Below are positions 30,270-40,232 of a stretch of 64,000 nucleotides of DNA, piece after piece. How positions within the stretch are numbered: position 1 is the stretch's first letter; every line of letters starts with the position of its first letter. This stretch comes from Bacteroidetes bacterium GWF2_33_16 (GTDB lineage: Bacteria; Bacteroidota; Bacteroidia; Bacteroidales; UBA12077), in assembly GCA_001768565.1 (NCBI GenBank), contig MEOE01000011.1:9373-73372 (forward strand), written 5' to 3'. Both the position numbers and the translations under genes were made by a program. A model generated the notes under the pieces. That model saw nothing but the letters and a program-made list of their open reading frames with translations. It made no database searches and was not told the origin of the DNA.

Positions 30270-30351
30270 AAGATACATGTACAAAGTTGCCGCTTGCATG
30301 CGGCCTTTAGATTTGAGTTTTGTGTTACTTTGAGCAATACTTCGTGTTTCC

Positions 30352-30370
30352 CCTGCCTGCCGCAGGCAGG
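30352..30370. repeat. CCTGCCTGC-c-GCAGGCAGG palindromic micro-element
   Basis: Near-identical to the copy at 5617-5636; lies within CTTTGAG/CTTCGTG/TTTGTTG short-repeat context. Confidence 0.8.
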
Positions 30371-30401
30371 TTTGTTGTAAAAATTTATAAATCAAACCTA
30401 T

Positions 30402-30435
30402 TAAAAGCACCTGGAAATTTATTCGGGTGTTTTTA
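30402..30435 (+). terminator. Probable terminator downstream of the DHOD-like gene
   Basis: TAAAAGCACCTGGA-aatttat-TCGGGTGTTTTTA stem with G-U pairs followed by a T-rich run. Confidence 0.55.
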
Positions 30436-30473
30436 TTTTATTGTTTATTTTTATACAGGATTGAATTTTCACT

Positions 30474-31814
30474 ATGTATGCAATAATAGATATCGAAACA
30501 ACTGGATTAAGTCCTGCAATTGAGAAAATAACTGAGATTGCCATTTACCTGCACGATGGGGAAAAAGTTACTGGTAGTTTTGTTACACTTATTAATCCTG
30601 AACGAAGAATTTCGCCATATATCACGCAATTAACCGGAATTACAAACCAAATGGTCGAAAATGCTCCTAAATTCTGGGAGATAGCTAAGGAAATTATAAC
30701 GCTTACCGAGAATAGAATTTTTGTAGCACATAATGCTTCTTTTGACTATAATTTTATTCGAAGCGAATTTAAAAGCTTGGGATATGATTTCTCACGTGAT
30801 CGTCTTTGTACTGTTAAGCTAAGTAGAAAGATTATTCCGGGATTTAAATCGTATAGTTTAGGAAATCTTTGTAATTCGCTAAATATAGTGGTTAATAATC
30901 GCCATAGAGCTTCGGGTGATGCATTAGCTACTACAAAATTATTTGAAATATTACTCGAAAAAGATAGAACGCTTGGCCAGAAATCAAATTCGAAATTTTA
31001 CAATATTGAAGCTTCAAAAATAGCCGGTTTGCCCGAAGAAACAGGTGTTTACTATTTTTATAATCAACAGGGTGATATAATCTATATTGGTAAAAGCAAA
31101 GACATTCGTACCAGAGTGTTTAGCCACTTTCGCAATGAGAATACAACAAAATCGATTAAAATGGCCGACGAAATTTTTGATATTTCATACGAGTTAACTG
31201 GTAGTGAGTTGGTTGCATTACTTTTGGAATCGAACGAAATAAAAGTACATAAACCTAAATATAACCGGCGCCAAAGAAGAACAATGAATCACTCCGGTAT
31301 TTTTAAACGGATTGATGAGTTTGGATATATTAACTTTATTGTTGAAGGGATCAAAAACGAGGTTCCATTAGTTGCTTTTAATTCTGCTAAAGAAGCAAAA
31401 GAAAGGTTGTATAATTTAACAGAGAAATATCATCTTTGTCAGAAATTATGTGGTTTGTACGAAGCCTCGGGTTCGTGTTTTTTTTATCAGATAAAAAAAT
31501 GTAAGGGAGCTTGTGTTCAGGAAGAAGCAGTAGTGTTATACAATAATCGCGCGCAAAAAATGCTTGAAGAACTTTGCCTTTCCTGGAAAAACTTTATTGT
31601 TATTGATAAGGGACGAAATGAAAACGAGCGAGCTATAATTAAAGTATCAAACGGAAGCTATATTGGATTTGGATATGCTGATCTGGATTTTATTAATCAA
31701 AACATTGAAGATTTAACAGAAGTAATTAAAAAATACCCCGACAATAAAGATATTCAACAAATAATTAAAACCTACCTGAGACAGCACAATGTGGAAAAGT
31801 TGATTAAGTTTTAA
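30474..31814 (+). CDS. DEDDh 3'-5' exonuclease (DNA Pol III epsilon-like) fused to a GIY-YIG (UvrC-like) nuclease
   Basis: DIETTG, AHNASFD, HRASGDA; GVYYFY...IYIGKS..IRTRV..H; ALLLESNEIK..KPKYN. Confidence 0.9.
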   Translation: MYAIIDIETTGLSPAIEKITEIAIYLHDGEKVTGSFVTLINPERRISPYITQLTGITNQMVENAPKFWEIAKEIITLTENRIFVAHNASFDYNFIRSEFKSLGYDFSRDRLCTVKLSRKIIPGFKSYSLGNLCNSLNIVVNNRHRASGDALATTKLFEILLEKDRTLGQKSNSKFYNIEASKIAGLPEETGVYYFYNQQGDIIYIGKSKDIRTRVFSHFRNENTTKSIKMADEIFDISYELTGSELVALLLESNEIKVHKPKYNRRQRRTMNHSGIFKRIDEFGYINFIVEGIKNEVPLVAFNSAKEAKERLYNLTEKYHLCQKLCGLYEASGSCFFYQIKKCKGACVQEEAVVLYNNRAQKMLEELCLSWKNFIVIDKGRNENERAIIKVSNGSYIGFGYADLDFINQNIEDLTEVIKKYPDNKDIQQIIKTYLRQHNVEKLIKF

Positions 31815-31947
31815 TTTAAATATAAAAAATATTACAATTTGAAAACTATTTTAGACTTTCCAAATTAATTATCTTGAACAACATAAAGTGTTTTAACCTC
31901 ATTAAATACCTTCTCTACTTATTCTTCTAGGTTTCATAAAGAATTGA

Positions 31948-33828
31948 TTAGTCTTTTATACATCTTACCGATAATCCATAAGTTTTATTGGTATATGCCT
32001 TAAATGAATTATTGTAATTGTACATCATATAGAAATAATTTGAAAACTTAGTACTGTATTCATTCGATAACCACCAGTCCCCTTCAATAGTCATAAAATC
32101 GAAAAGCCCATCAGGATCTCTTTTACCTCCTGGCAAAGCAGTAAAATCAAATTCATCTGTTGCATCTGTGTTTGGAGTTTTCCAATGTGTTGTTCCAGCT
32201 TCTTTAAGTTTTTTACCAACCTCAGTTGCTCCACCTAAATATGAAATAAGTGTATCGTAGTCGCTTTCCGTTGGAACATGCCAGCCTGTAGGGCATAATT
32301 TATTTGTATTAACAGCATACCAGTTATAAAGTGCGCCATAAGTATTTTTATATGTAGCATTAGTATCATAAAAGCAATATCCTCCTGAAGTAAGAGTGTT
32401 CCATATAGAATCGTTATTAACTAACGTAATATTTGTGCCATCATTGTATTTGGTTGTTTTCAGGTTTTGCGTCATCCAGCATTGATATCCAATACCAATA
32501 GTTTGGTAATTGTTTGCGTCGGCATCAACTACTGATCCTGTTAAGCCTGTAATAACTGTTGTAAACGATAAGTCGTCGCCATAGTTTGTTCCTAGCTCAT
32601 TTATTGCAACAACCCTGAAATGATATAGTGTATTTGCCAGTAAATTAGAAATATTTGCACTTACTGTAGAATCTCCATTTCCAGTTACCGGATTTTCAGA
32701 TGCATTTGCTGTTTGTCCATATGCTGTTGATGTGCCATACTCGAATGATACAGTAGTACTTAAATTGTGTGCATTAACCAAGCCATTCAGTGTGCTGCTA
32801 TATGCTTCAAGATTAGATTGTTTAACTGTAGTTGCTGAAGGTATTTCTCCTAATGTGGTAAAACTTATTTCTTCACCATAATTTGTACCAAAGCTATTGG
32901 TTGCAAAAGCTTTTACGTAGTAAATGGTTCCCGGTGTAAGGTTATTTATTGTATCAAGAAAAGAGCCTATTCCATTACCTAATGCCATTTTTGTTCCAGT
33001 ATTTTCTGATTCAACAGATGTTCCCCAATAAATACCTCTTTCGGTTATCGCAGATCCACCATCGGAGCTTATATTGCCGCCGGCAACAGCAGAATGAGTT
33101 TCTACATTTCTTGGAATTATTGTTGATACAAGAGGTAATTCAACTGTCGTTATAAAGCTTAATTCATTTCCATACGAAGTACCTTTTCCATTGGTCGCAA
33201 ATGCTCTTACATAATATGTAACACCTCTCGATAAACCTGAAAGGGTATCTGAAAAAGGGCCATCGCCACTTCCCATAGATATTTTTGCTCCGGTATTTAT
33301 TGTGTTTTCTGTTGTTCCCCAGTAAACACCTTTCTCTACTATAGCTGTACCACCGTTATCTAAAACATCTCCTCCAACGACAGCAGAATCAACTTTTATA
33401 TCAGTTACTTCGGCAGTTATAATTATTGGATAATTAATTTGAGTTGTGAAAAATGTTTCGTTGCCATATGCAATGCCTGCAGTATTTTTGGCGTATGCTT
33501 TTACATAATATTTAACTCCTGGCGTTAAATTATCAAGTGTTTCATAAAAAACGCCTAAACCGCTTCCAATTTGTATTTTTGTTCCTGTGGTTTCGGAGTT
33601 TTCAGAAATACTCCAATAAATACCACGCTCCGAAATATCTCCTCCTCCGTTATACAACACCTTGCCGCCAACTTTTGCCGAAGTAGAATAAATTTCTTCA
33701 ACCGATGCAGTTGCTACATCAGGTAAAACAACTTTTTCTTCATCCTCGCATGCAAAAAAAACTATAAATAAAAGAGATAATGCGAATGTTAAAAAATGAT
33801 ATTTTTTCATTGTAAATTGTTTTTTCAT
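31948..33828 (-). CDS. Lipoprotein with four FN3-like repeats and a C-terminal FISUMP (Fib_succ_major) domain
   Basis: Lipobox FFAC-EDEE; four ~97-aa repeats ending YYVxAxAxNxxGxxYGxExxFTT; WMTQNL, YGALYNWYAV, LCPTGWHVP, GLSVRCIKD. Confidence 0.85.
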   Translation of the reverse strand: MKKQFTMKKYHFLTFALSLLFIVFFACEDEEKVVLPDVATASVEEIYSTSAKVGGKVLYNGGGDISERGIYWSISENSETTGTKIQIGSGLGVFYETLDNLTPGVKYYVKAYAKNTAGIAYGNETFFTTQINYPIIITAEVTDIKVDSAVVGGDVLDNGGTAIVEKGVYWGTTENTINTGAKISMGSGDGPFSDTLSGLSRGVTYYVRAFATNGKGTSYGNELSFITTVELPLVSTIIPRNVETHSAVAGGNISSDGGSAITERGIYWGTSVESENTGTKMALGNGIGSFLDTINNLTPGTIYYVKAFATNSFGTNYGEEISFTTLGEIPSATTVKQSNLEAYSSTLNGLVNAHNLSTTVSFEYGTSTAYGQTANASENPVTGNGDSTVSANISNLLANTLYHFRVVAINELGTNYGDDLSFTTVITGLTGSVVDADANNYQTIGIGYQCWMTQNLKTTKYNDGTNITLVNNDSIWNTLTSGGYCFYDTNATYKNTYGALYNWYAVNTNKLCPTGWHVPTESDYDTLISYLGGATEVGKKLKEAGTTHWKTPNTDATDEFDFTALPGGKRDPDGLFDFMTIEGDWWLSNEYSTKFSNYFYMMYNYNNSFKAYTNKTYGLSVRCIKD

Positions 33829-33840
33829 TTCCGTTCCTTG

Positions 33841-35757
33841 TTAAAGCTTAATAACTGATTTCCCTGATTTAGAATCGAGGTTCATAGATTTTTCCATTTC
33901 ATTTTTTACCGAAGATAATACTTCGTTTATAAAGCTTTCTTTATATTGTGGTTCGGATTTTACCTTAACAAAGAAGGGATGTGTATTTATATCTATCCCT
34001 TTCTCTTTAAGTATTTGTTCTGCCATCGATAATCCTTCCAATACCTGTTCTCGTGTTACCTCATAATAAATAACTGTTTCTGCATTGTCAGTTTCTTGAT
34101 CAACTTTTAAGGTATTTGCATCGTAACTTTCTTGTTGGTTATTTTGCATTAATTCTGAATAACCCGGAATAACCTGAGCCAATACATTATTCATTTTATT
34201 TAACTGATCTTTCAACTCATTTATCTCAGTTTCTTGTTCAGTAATTTTTTGCTGTTGTTTTATGCTCAAACGAATAACATCATTAGTATTTAATCCTACA
34301 GCTACATTTACGTAACTATAATCTTGTGCAGAAGTCTCAGACCATGCAATACCAACAATTTTTTGATATTCTTCGGGTTTAATATCTTCGGGCGAAACTG
34401 CTATTCCCGCTCCATTATTATTACCTCCTGGGATAATATAATCGCCTGATTTAACTTCTCCAAATACTTTAACAGGTACTTGACCCATGAAAGCTACCTT
34501 TGCAAATTCATCTTCTTTACCTTCAGTTGGCATATTTCCAAGTACAATTGGTTTCTTCGAAATCACCATATAAAATTCAGCCATGTTGGTCATCTTACTT
34601 ATCAATCCACCTTTAACTCCAACAATATCTCCAGGCATTAATGTTTCGTTCAGATTTGCTTTTGGAAGCCATTCGGCATAATCACCAGCCCCTGATTGAT
34701 AAGTTACACCAATATTTTGATGGGCATAAACATTGTATAAAATTGGTTCAGTTATACACAAAGCCAGATTGGCCGATTCCATTACCACTTCGGCAATTGC
34801 TCCTGCAATTAATGATGGTATTGGAGCCGTTACGCAAGCTCCGAGTCCGGCACATGCTGTGGATGAAGATGAAGCTGATACTACTCCTGCTGCTGCCTTG
34901 GCAACATCAACAGTTGAACGAACTATTTCATTTGCAAAAAGTACGTTGTCAAAAATATATTCAGGATCAGATAAAAGTTCTGAGGTTGTTTGCCCCTCAA
35001 TACGTCCCTGAACGCCAGCATCATCGAAAAAGGTGGCAAAGTAATTACCACTGCTTCGTGTGCCATTTACCTTTATTGCAATACCCTGATCGCTTCCCTG
35101 AACTAGCAATGGATAAGACTCCTGGCTTGAGCTTTCGCCACCTACATTTGTGTTAATAACTACCTGGCCGTTTAAATTGCTGGTAGAGTTTACAGTTAAG
35201 TTATTGTGTAAGGTTGTTTGCTCATCAACGCTTAAGGTTCCTGTTAAAAATGTAGGACTCCCATTGGTTACATTTAGTCTGTTTTTTAAACTTGTAACCC
35301 CATCAACAATTAATGTTCCTGTAGCTGTTATATTTTTATGATATGCATAGGGTACAAAAGTAAGCTCCTGATAGCTGAAATCAACATAAAAAGTTTCAGT
35401 TTCGCTAATACTGATATCAACTTTAAGGTCTTTTGGAGCACCGTTCCAATCAATCTCAATAAATAAAGCCGGACTGTTTGTTGTTCGAACACCCCAGCCA
35501 ATTATTACATTGATCATTCCAAACTCATCTGTAGTAGTTGCATGTTCTTCCTGATAATCGATAGTGCCATTCGCATCAAGAATAGTAAAACGTATTTTAA
35601 TATCTCGATTTGGAAGAATGTTATCATTAATATCTTTTCCGGGTATTTCCTGGCTCTTTGAATCTATAATAACAGCTTGGTAATTAATGCCCTGAGACTG
35701 ACCCCACAACTTAATGATAGAAAAGAACATCAAGCTAAAAAACAATATCTTTTTCAT
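33841..35757 (-). CDS. Exported fibre-like protein with peptidase-G2-like intramolecular chaperone domain and coiled coil
   Basis: Signal peptide; GINYQAV...FGMINVIIG...IDW...VPYA N-domain; T/L/V-rich beta repeats; GDYAEWLP...PGDIVG...FMGQVPVKV...GDYI...IVGIA; QQQKITEQETEINELK coiled coil. Confidence 0.7.
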   Translation of the reverse strand: MKKILFFSLMFFSIIKLWGQSQGINYQAVIIDSKSQEIPGKDINDNILPNRDIKIRFTILDANGTIDYQEEHATTTDEFGMINVIIGWGVRTTNSPALFIEIDWNGAPKDLKVDISISETETFYVDFSYQELTFVPYAYHKNITATGTLIVDGVTSLKNRLNVTNGSPTFLTGTLSVDEQTTLHNNLTVNSTSNLNGQVVINTNVGGESSSQESYPLLVQGSDQGIAIKVNGTRSSGNYFATFFDDAGVQGRIEGQTTSELLSDPEYIFDNVLFANEIVRSTVDVAKAAAGVVSASSSSTACAGLGACVTAPIPSLIAGAIAEVVMESANLALCITEPILYNVYAHQNIGVTYQSGAGDYAEWLPKANLNETLMPGDIVGVKGGLISKMTNMAEFYMVISKKPIVLGNMPTEGKEDEFAKVAFMGQVPVKVFGEVKSGDYIIPGGNNNGAGIAVSPEDIKPEEYQKIVGIAWSETSAQDYSYVNVAVGLNTNDVIRLSIKQQQKITEQETEINELKDQLNKMNNVLAQVIPGYSELMQNNQQESYDANTLKVDQETDNAETVIYYEVTREQVLEGLSMAEQILKEKGIDINTHPFFVKVKSEPQYKESFINEVLSSVKNEMEKSMNLDSKSGKSVIKL

Positions 35758-35788
35758 AGTAATATATATTTTGAGAAATAATCTGTTA

Positions 35789-36442
35789 TTAATTATTTGT
35801 CATAAGATTAATTGACAAACCGATATTTATGTTATGTGTAATTAGTTTCAATTGTTCCTGATTATTATAATTGCCAATCAAAAAACTGGTGCCACCCACG
35901 TATTCGGCAAACAAAATAAATGTTTTCGATATATAGTAATTTACACCTAATCCACCACGAACAAAATATAAAGGCTTATCAAACTCTTCAACACCATTCA
36001 AATCGTTTATTTGACTATTGAAAATTTGTGTTCCTTGTAGCATAAATTCTGAAGCAATGTTTGCTTTAACACAAACAGAAAAACCATGTTGCTCGTTTCG
36101 GTTAAGAGGAGGGCGAAAAAATTCATAATCGACACCAAGATTAATTCCTAAATACACTAGATCCCATTCGTAATAATTCCCAAGAGTTTTATCGCTTCCT
36201 TTTGCGCCATAATTGTTATAATTCGCACTGGCTGAAACATAAAATGGTGTTCGCATAACAGATTGCCTGTAACCAAGACCCAATCCACTTTGATTGCTTC
36301 CTTGCAGGTTATCTAATGTTTCTCCTTCGGAGTTTTTATAATTAAAAGATGAGATGGTTTTTCCTACGGAAAAAAATATCAATTGGCTATATGCCGTTGA
36401 TGTAATAATTATGAATAATGAGCAAATAAATAACTTTTTCAT
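35789..36442 (-). CDS. Outer membrane beta-barrel protein (8-stranded, OmpA/PorT-like)
   Basis: Signal peptide; alternating amphipathic strands (YLGINLGVDYEF, GGLGVNYYI, HNINIGLSINL). Confidence 0.65.
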   Translation of the reverse strand: MKKLFICSLFIIITSTAYSQLIFFSVGKTISSFNYKNSEGETLDNLQGSNQSGLGLGYRQSVMRTPFYVSASANYNNYGAKGSDKTLGNYYEWDLVYLGINLGVDYEFFRPPLNRNEQHGFSVCVKANIASEFMLQGTQIFNSQINDLNGVEEFDKPLYFVRGGLGVNYYISKTFILFAEYVGGTSFLIGNYNNQEQLKLITHNINIGLSINLMTNN

Positions 36443-36443
36443 T

Positions 36444-37004
36444 TTATTCCTTAATCAGATTTGTTATATAGTATTTATTATTCGATTGTACCTTTAGAAA
36501 ATAGATACCACTTACCATGGATGGTAAATGGAGATCAATTTCTTGTGCCGCTTGATAAATATTGAAATATATAGCGGTGCCCTGCAAATTATAAAGTACA
36601 ACTATTAATTTGTCTTTTATTTCCTCCTTAAACGATATTTTTACAAATGTGCTAAATGGATTAGGATACGCGATGGCAATTAGGTTTTCTGCTTTAAATC
36701 TTTTTGATGATTTAATTGGTGGCTGAATAAATCCCTGACGAAGAGTGAAATTATTAACCTTATGTGTACCTGTAATTCCATGTTGTCCAATACTCTGCTG
36801 AATTATATACCTATTTCCTTCTGTAATTATTGATTTTGATGCTCCACAACTATTTGTTACTGAACGAACGTTAACCAAAGTTTGAGAATTGCAATATTTA
36901 CATAAAGGTCCATTAAATAAAGCAAAAACAGTAATTACTTTAATACAGAAGATGATTCGATTTTTTAATGAGTTTTTATTCAATGTATTAAAAATTAATA
37001 ACAT
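36444..37004 (-). CDS. Small T9SS type A sorting (CTD) domain protein; start uncertain
   Basis: IQQSIGQ...LRQGFIQP short N-domain, then AYPNPF...LYNLQG...SGIYFLKV...LIKE CTD. Confidence 0.85.
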   Translation of the reverse strand: MLLIFNTLNKNSLKNRIIFCIKVITVFALFNGPLCKYCNSQTLVNVRSVTNSCGASKSIITEGNRYIIQQSIGQHGITGTHKVNNFTLRQGFIQPPIKSSKRFKAENLIAIAYPNPFSTFVKISFKEEIKDKLIVVLYNLQGTAIYFNIYQAAQEIDLHLPSMVSGIYFLKVQSNNKYYITNLIKE

Positions 37005-37251
37005 TTTGCAAGAGTGTAAAAAACAAATTAAAATTAGATTTTAATTTTTAAAAATAAAAGGAAAATCAACAAGTTATGACTTAAAATATAGTTTGATTTA
37101 AGAATAATGTTCTTAAAGTTGTTTTAAGATGAGAATGATAATTATGAGTTCAGGTTTTAAACTACTTTTCTTTATTTAATGAGATAATCAGGACAGATAT
37201 AAATTATAAACAATTCGTCCATCTGCTTGTTATGACTAATAAAATCAAATA

Positions 37252-39282
37252 ATGAGTACAAAAAATCATATATATAATAACGATCTAATTCACGAAACCA
37301 GTCCGTACCTTTTGCAGCATGCACACAATCCAGTAAATTGGATGCCTTGGGGCGAAAAAGCGTTAACAAAAGCCAAAAATGAAGATAAACTGTTACTTAT
37401 TAGTATTGGTTATTCGGCTTGCCACTGGTGTCATGTAATGGAACATGAATCGTTCGAGAACGAAGAAATAGCCAGCATTATGAATGAGAATTTTGTTTGT
37501 ATAAAGGTTGATCGTGAGGAGCGACCAGATATAGATCATATTTACATGAATGCTGTTCAATTGATTAATGGAAATGGCGGATGGCCTCTAAATTGTTTCG
37601 CATTACCCGATGGTCAACCGGTTTATGGTGGAACTTATTTCAAACCACAGCAATGGAAAGATTTATTACAGAATATTTCTACAACTTATAATGCTGATAA
37701 ATACAAGTTTGAGGAGATGGCTACTGAAATAAAAGAGGGTATTGTTGCGTTAAATCACTTTTCAATTAATGCGGTTAATAAAGATATTAGTTACGAAGAA
37801 ATCCTTGATATTTTTATTAAACTGCGAAAAAGGTTCGATCATCAACATGGAGGGAATGCAGGTGCTCCAAAATTCCCATTACCTGTAGGTTATTTTTCAA
37901 TGCTTCGCTTTTCTTATCATACAAACGAAAAAGAACTTAAAAAACATGTATTGTTTACACTTGACAAAATGATGAATGGGGGAATTTATGATCAGCTTGG
38001 TGGTGGCTTTTCTCGTTACTCTGTAGATCGCTACTGGCACGTTCCTCATTTCGAGAAAATGTTATATGATAATGCCCAACTAATAAATTTGTACTCAGAA
38101 GCATACAAAATAAGCCCAACCGAGGATTATAAAAAGATAGTTTATAATACCATTGATTTTGTAAATCGGGAGTTGAAATCACCCGAAGGAGGTTTTTATT
38201 CTGCTCTCGATGCCGATAGCGAAGGCGAAGAAGGTAAATATTATTTGTGGGATAAATATGAAATAGATGTTTTACTTAAGGAAGATTCTGATTTGTTTTG
38301 TGATTTTTACGATATAAGCTTATCAGGAAATTTTGAGGATCGTAATATCTTAAGAAAAGTAAAATCAAAAGAAGAAATAGCATTAAAACACAACCTTTCG
38401 ATTGAGCAAGTTGAAAAAAAGATAACTGAACTAAAATCAGTATTGTTAAATCATCGCGAGAAAAGAATAAAACCATCTCTCGACGACAAAATTCTTACAT
38501 CGTGGAATGCTTTAATGATAAGTGGATTGGTTTCTGCATATAAAGCATTTGGAGATGATAAATTTCTTGCGTTGGCAATAGAGAACGCTGAATTTATTGA
38601 GCATAACCTTATGTCCTGTGAATTCTGCATGCAGCGTAGCTATAAAAATGGTACTGCAAAAATAAACGGATTCCTCGATGATTATGCTTTTTTTGCACAG
38701 GCACTAATAAATCTTTATCAGGTTACATTTAATTCGAAATGGCTGCATCTGGCAAATCATATGATGAATTATACTATTCAGCATTTCATGGTCGCTAATA
38801 CAGGATATTTTAATTATACATCTAACACCAATAAGGATCTTATAGCAGATACAATTGAGATTAATGATAATGTGATTCCGTCATCAAACTCAGTTATAGC
38901 TCATAACTTATTTTTGCTTGGTCATTATTATCTAAACGATGGTTATTTAACTATTTCAAAAAAGATGATAATGGGTTTAAAAAATGAAATAGCTAAAAAT
39001 CCTTATTTCTTTGGTAACTGGATAGATCTTATGATTCAGTTTATTCATAAACCTTACGAAGTTTGTGTTATGGGTACCAATGCAGAAGAATTTAGGGCTG
39101 AGTTTAATAAAATGTATTTACCAAATATCCTTATTGCAGGAGGTGATCCAAAAAGCGGAATTCCTTTACTCGAAAACAGGTATGTTGATGAAAAAGTGAT
39201 GATTTTTATTTGCCGTGATAATGTTTGCAAACAACCCGTGAAATCATTTGCCGAAGCTTTACAAATCATTTCAAACGATTGA
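37252..39282 (+). CDS. YyaL/SSP411-type thioredoxin-domain protein with alpha/alpha-barrel
   Basis: [55 protein letters not shown]. Confidence 0.93.
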   Translation: MSTKNHIYNNDLIHETSPYLLQHAHNPVNWMPWGEKALTKAKNEDKLLLISIGYSACHWCHVMEHESFENEEIASIMNENFVCIKVDREERPDIDHIYMNAVQLINGNGGWPLNCFALPDGQPVYGGTYFKPQQWKDLLQNISTTYNADKYKFEEMATEIKEGIVALNHFSINAVNKDISYEEILDIFIKLRKRFDHQHGGNAGAPKFPLPVGYFSMLRFSYHTNEKELKKHVLFTLDKMMNGGIYDQLGGGFSRYSVDRYWHVPHFEKMLYDNAQLINLYSEAYKISPTEDYKKIVYNTIDFVNRELKSPEGGFYSALDADSEGEEGKYYLWDKYEIDVLLKEDSDLFCDFYDISLSGNFEDRNILRKVKSKEEIALKHNLSIEQVEKKITELKSVLLNHREKRIKPSLDDKILTSWNALMISGLVSAYKAFGDDKFLALAIENAEFIEHNLMSCEFCMQRSYKNGTAKINGFLDDYAFFAQALINLYQVTFNSKWLHLANHMMNYTIQHFMVANTGYFNYTSNTNKDLIADTIEINDNVIPSSNSVIAHNLFLLGHYYLNDGYLTISKKMIMGLKNEIAKNPYFFGNWIDLMIQFIHKPYEVCVMGTNAEEFRAEFNKMYLPNILIAGGDPKSGIPLLENRYVDEKVMIFICRDNVCKQPVKSFAEALQIISND

Positions 39283-39293
39283 AGTTTATAGTA

Positions 39294-39321
39294 ACTTTAG
39301 CTCACTTTAGCTCACTTTAAA
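39294..39321. repeat. Short tandem repeat, ACTTTAGCTC unit (x2.7)
   Basis: aactttagctcactttagctcactttaaa between convergent stop codons; same unit family at 48599-48645. Confidence 0.7.
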
Positions 39322-40077
39322 CTAAATAACTTCTAAATCCGAAGTCTTGAGCCAGCCTTTAGTTCCATCACTGAGTTTTATTTCAAGCCAATCCGAAATC
39401 TGATCGAGAATCCAAACTTTAGTTCCCTCATGTAAAACAAAAATATCAGTACCACTAATATCGGGCGAGCTTTTAATAGTTACCGAAGGACTCATTACTA
39501 TTGCAGTATCGTCATTTAATATAAACTGTTTCTGTTTAAATGAAAAATAGAAAGCAGATAAGAATAAAATTAAGAAAAGAAAAGTCATCCAAAATGAGAG
39601 CTTTTTTAAATTGTATTTCCTGCTAATTAAGTACAGAGTAATAAAAAGCAAGCTTAAAACAAATGAACTAATACTAATTAAAGCCCATTTATCTGATGAG
39701 AACAAATTTCTAATTCCAGCAATCCATTCGGTAATAAAGAAAGTAGGTATTTTTTCTATTTTATCTACTACGTATCGGTTTGTAAGTTCTAGATTGTATT
39801 GTATATCCTTATCGTTGGGAGAAAGCTGTAATGCTTTTTCGTAATAAAGTATGGCTTTGGGGTATACATTAAACTTATAATAGGTATTTCCTAAATTATA
39901 ATATAGTTCGGCCGATTCATATCCTGACTTATTTATTTTCTGATAAATCTCAATAGCCTGATCAAAATTACCTTCGATATAAAATTTGTTCGCTTGTTCC
40001 CAAAGTGAATCGTTGCTTTGTGCAAAAACTCCAAGGTATTGAGTTATTATTAATATGGTAATTATTACTTTTTTCAT
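39322..40077 (-). CDS. batE: BatE (TPR + SH3b)
   Basis: LYYNLGNTYYK TPR, AILYYEKA, two TM helices, LHEGTKV...WLEIKLSDGTKGW; last gene of the bat operon; start set at MKKVII. Confidence 0.9.
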   Translation of the reverse strand: MKKVIITILIITQYLGVFAQSNDSLWEQANKFYIEGNFDQAIEIYQKINKSGYESAELYYNLGNTYYKFNVYPKAILYYEKALQLSPNDKDIQYNLELTNRYVVDKIEKIPTFFITEWIAGIRNLFSSDKWALISISSFVLSLLFITLYLISRKYNLKKLSFWMTFLFLILFLSAFYFSFKQKQFILNDDTAIVMSPSVTIKSSPDISGTDIFVLHEGTKVWILDQISDWLEIKLSDGTKGWLKTSDLEVI

Positions 40078-40232
40078 TTTAAAACTATTTTTCGAATTTG
40101 TATTTCGTTTTACCATTGTGAGGCTTTGTGTCTTTCTGGCTCAGTGGCGATTCTTTAATTTATTTTTAAAATACCACGAAATCAAAAAGTAGAAGCCAAA
40201 ATTAAAAACAAAACAAGCATCACAAAAATACA

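Noticed and set aside
30111-30523. ORFs 30111-30410 (-) and 30320-30523 (+)
   Set aside because: They overlap real genes and cross repeat/terminator DNA; the CLRQAG and LPAAGR peptides are just translations of the palindrome.
31948-32550. FISUMP domain as a diversity-generating retroelement target
   Set aside because: No reverse transcriptase and no template-repeat copy of the 3' end seen in this window.
33841-35757. Prophage tail fibre gene / prophage remnant
   Set aside because: The protein has a Sec signal peptide and no phage structural, integrase or lysis genes are nearby; treated as a cellular gene.
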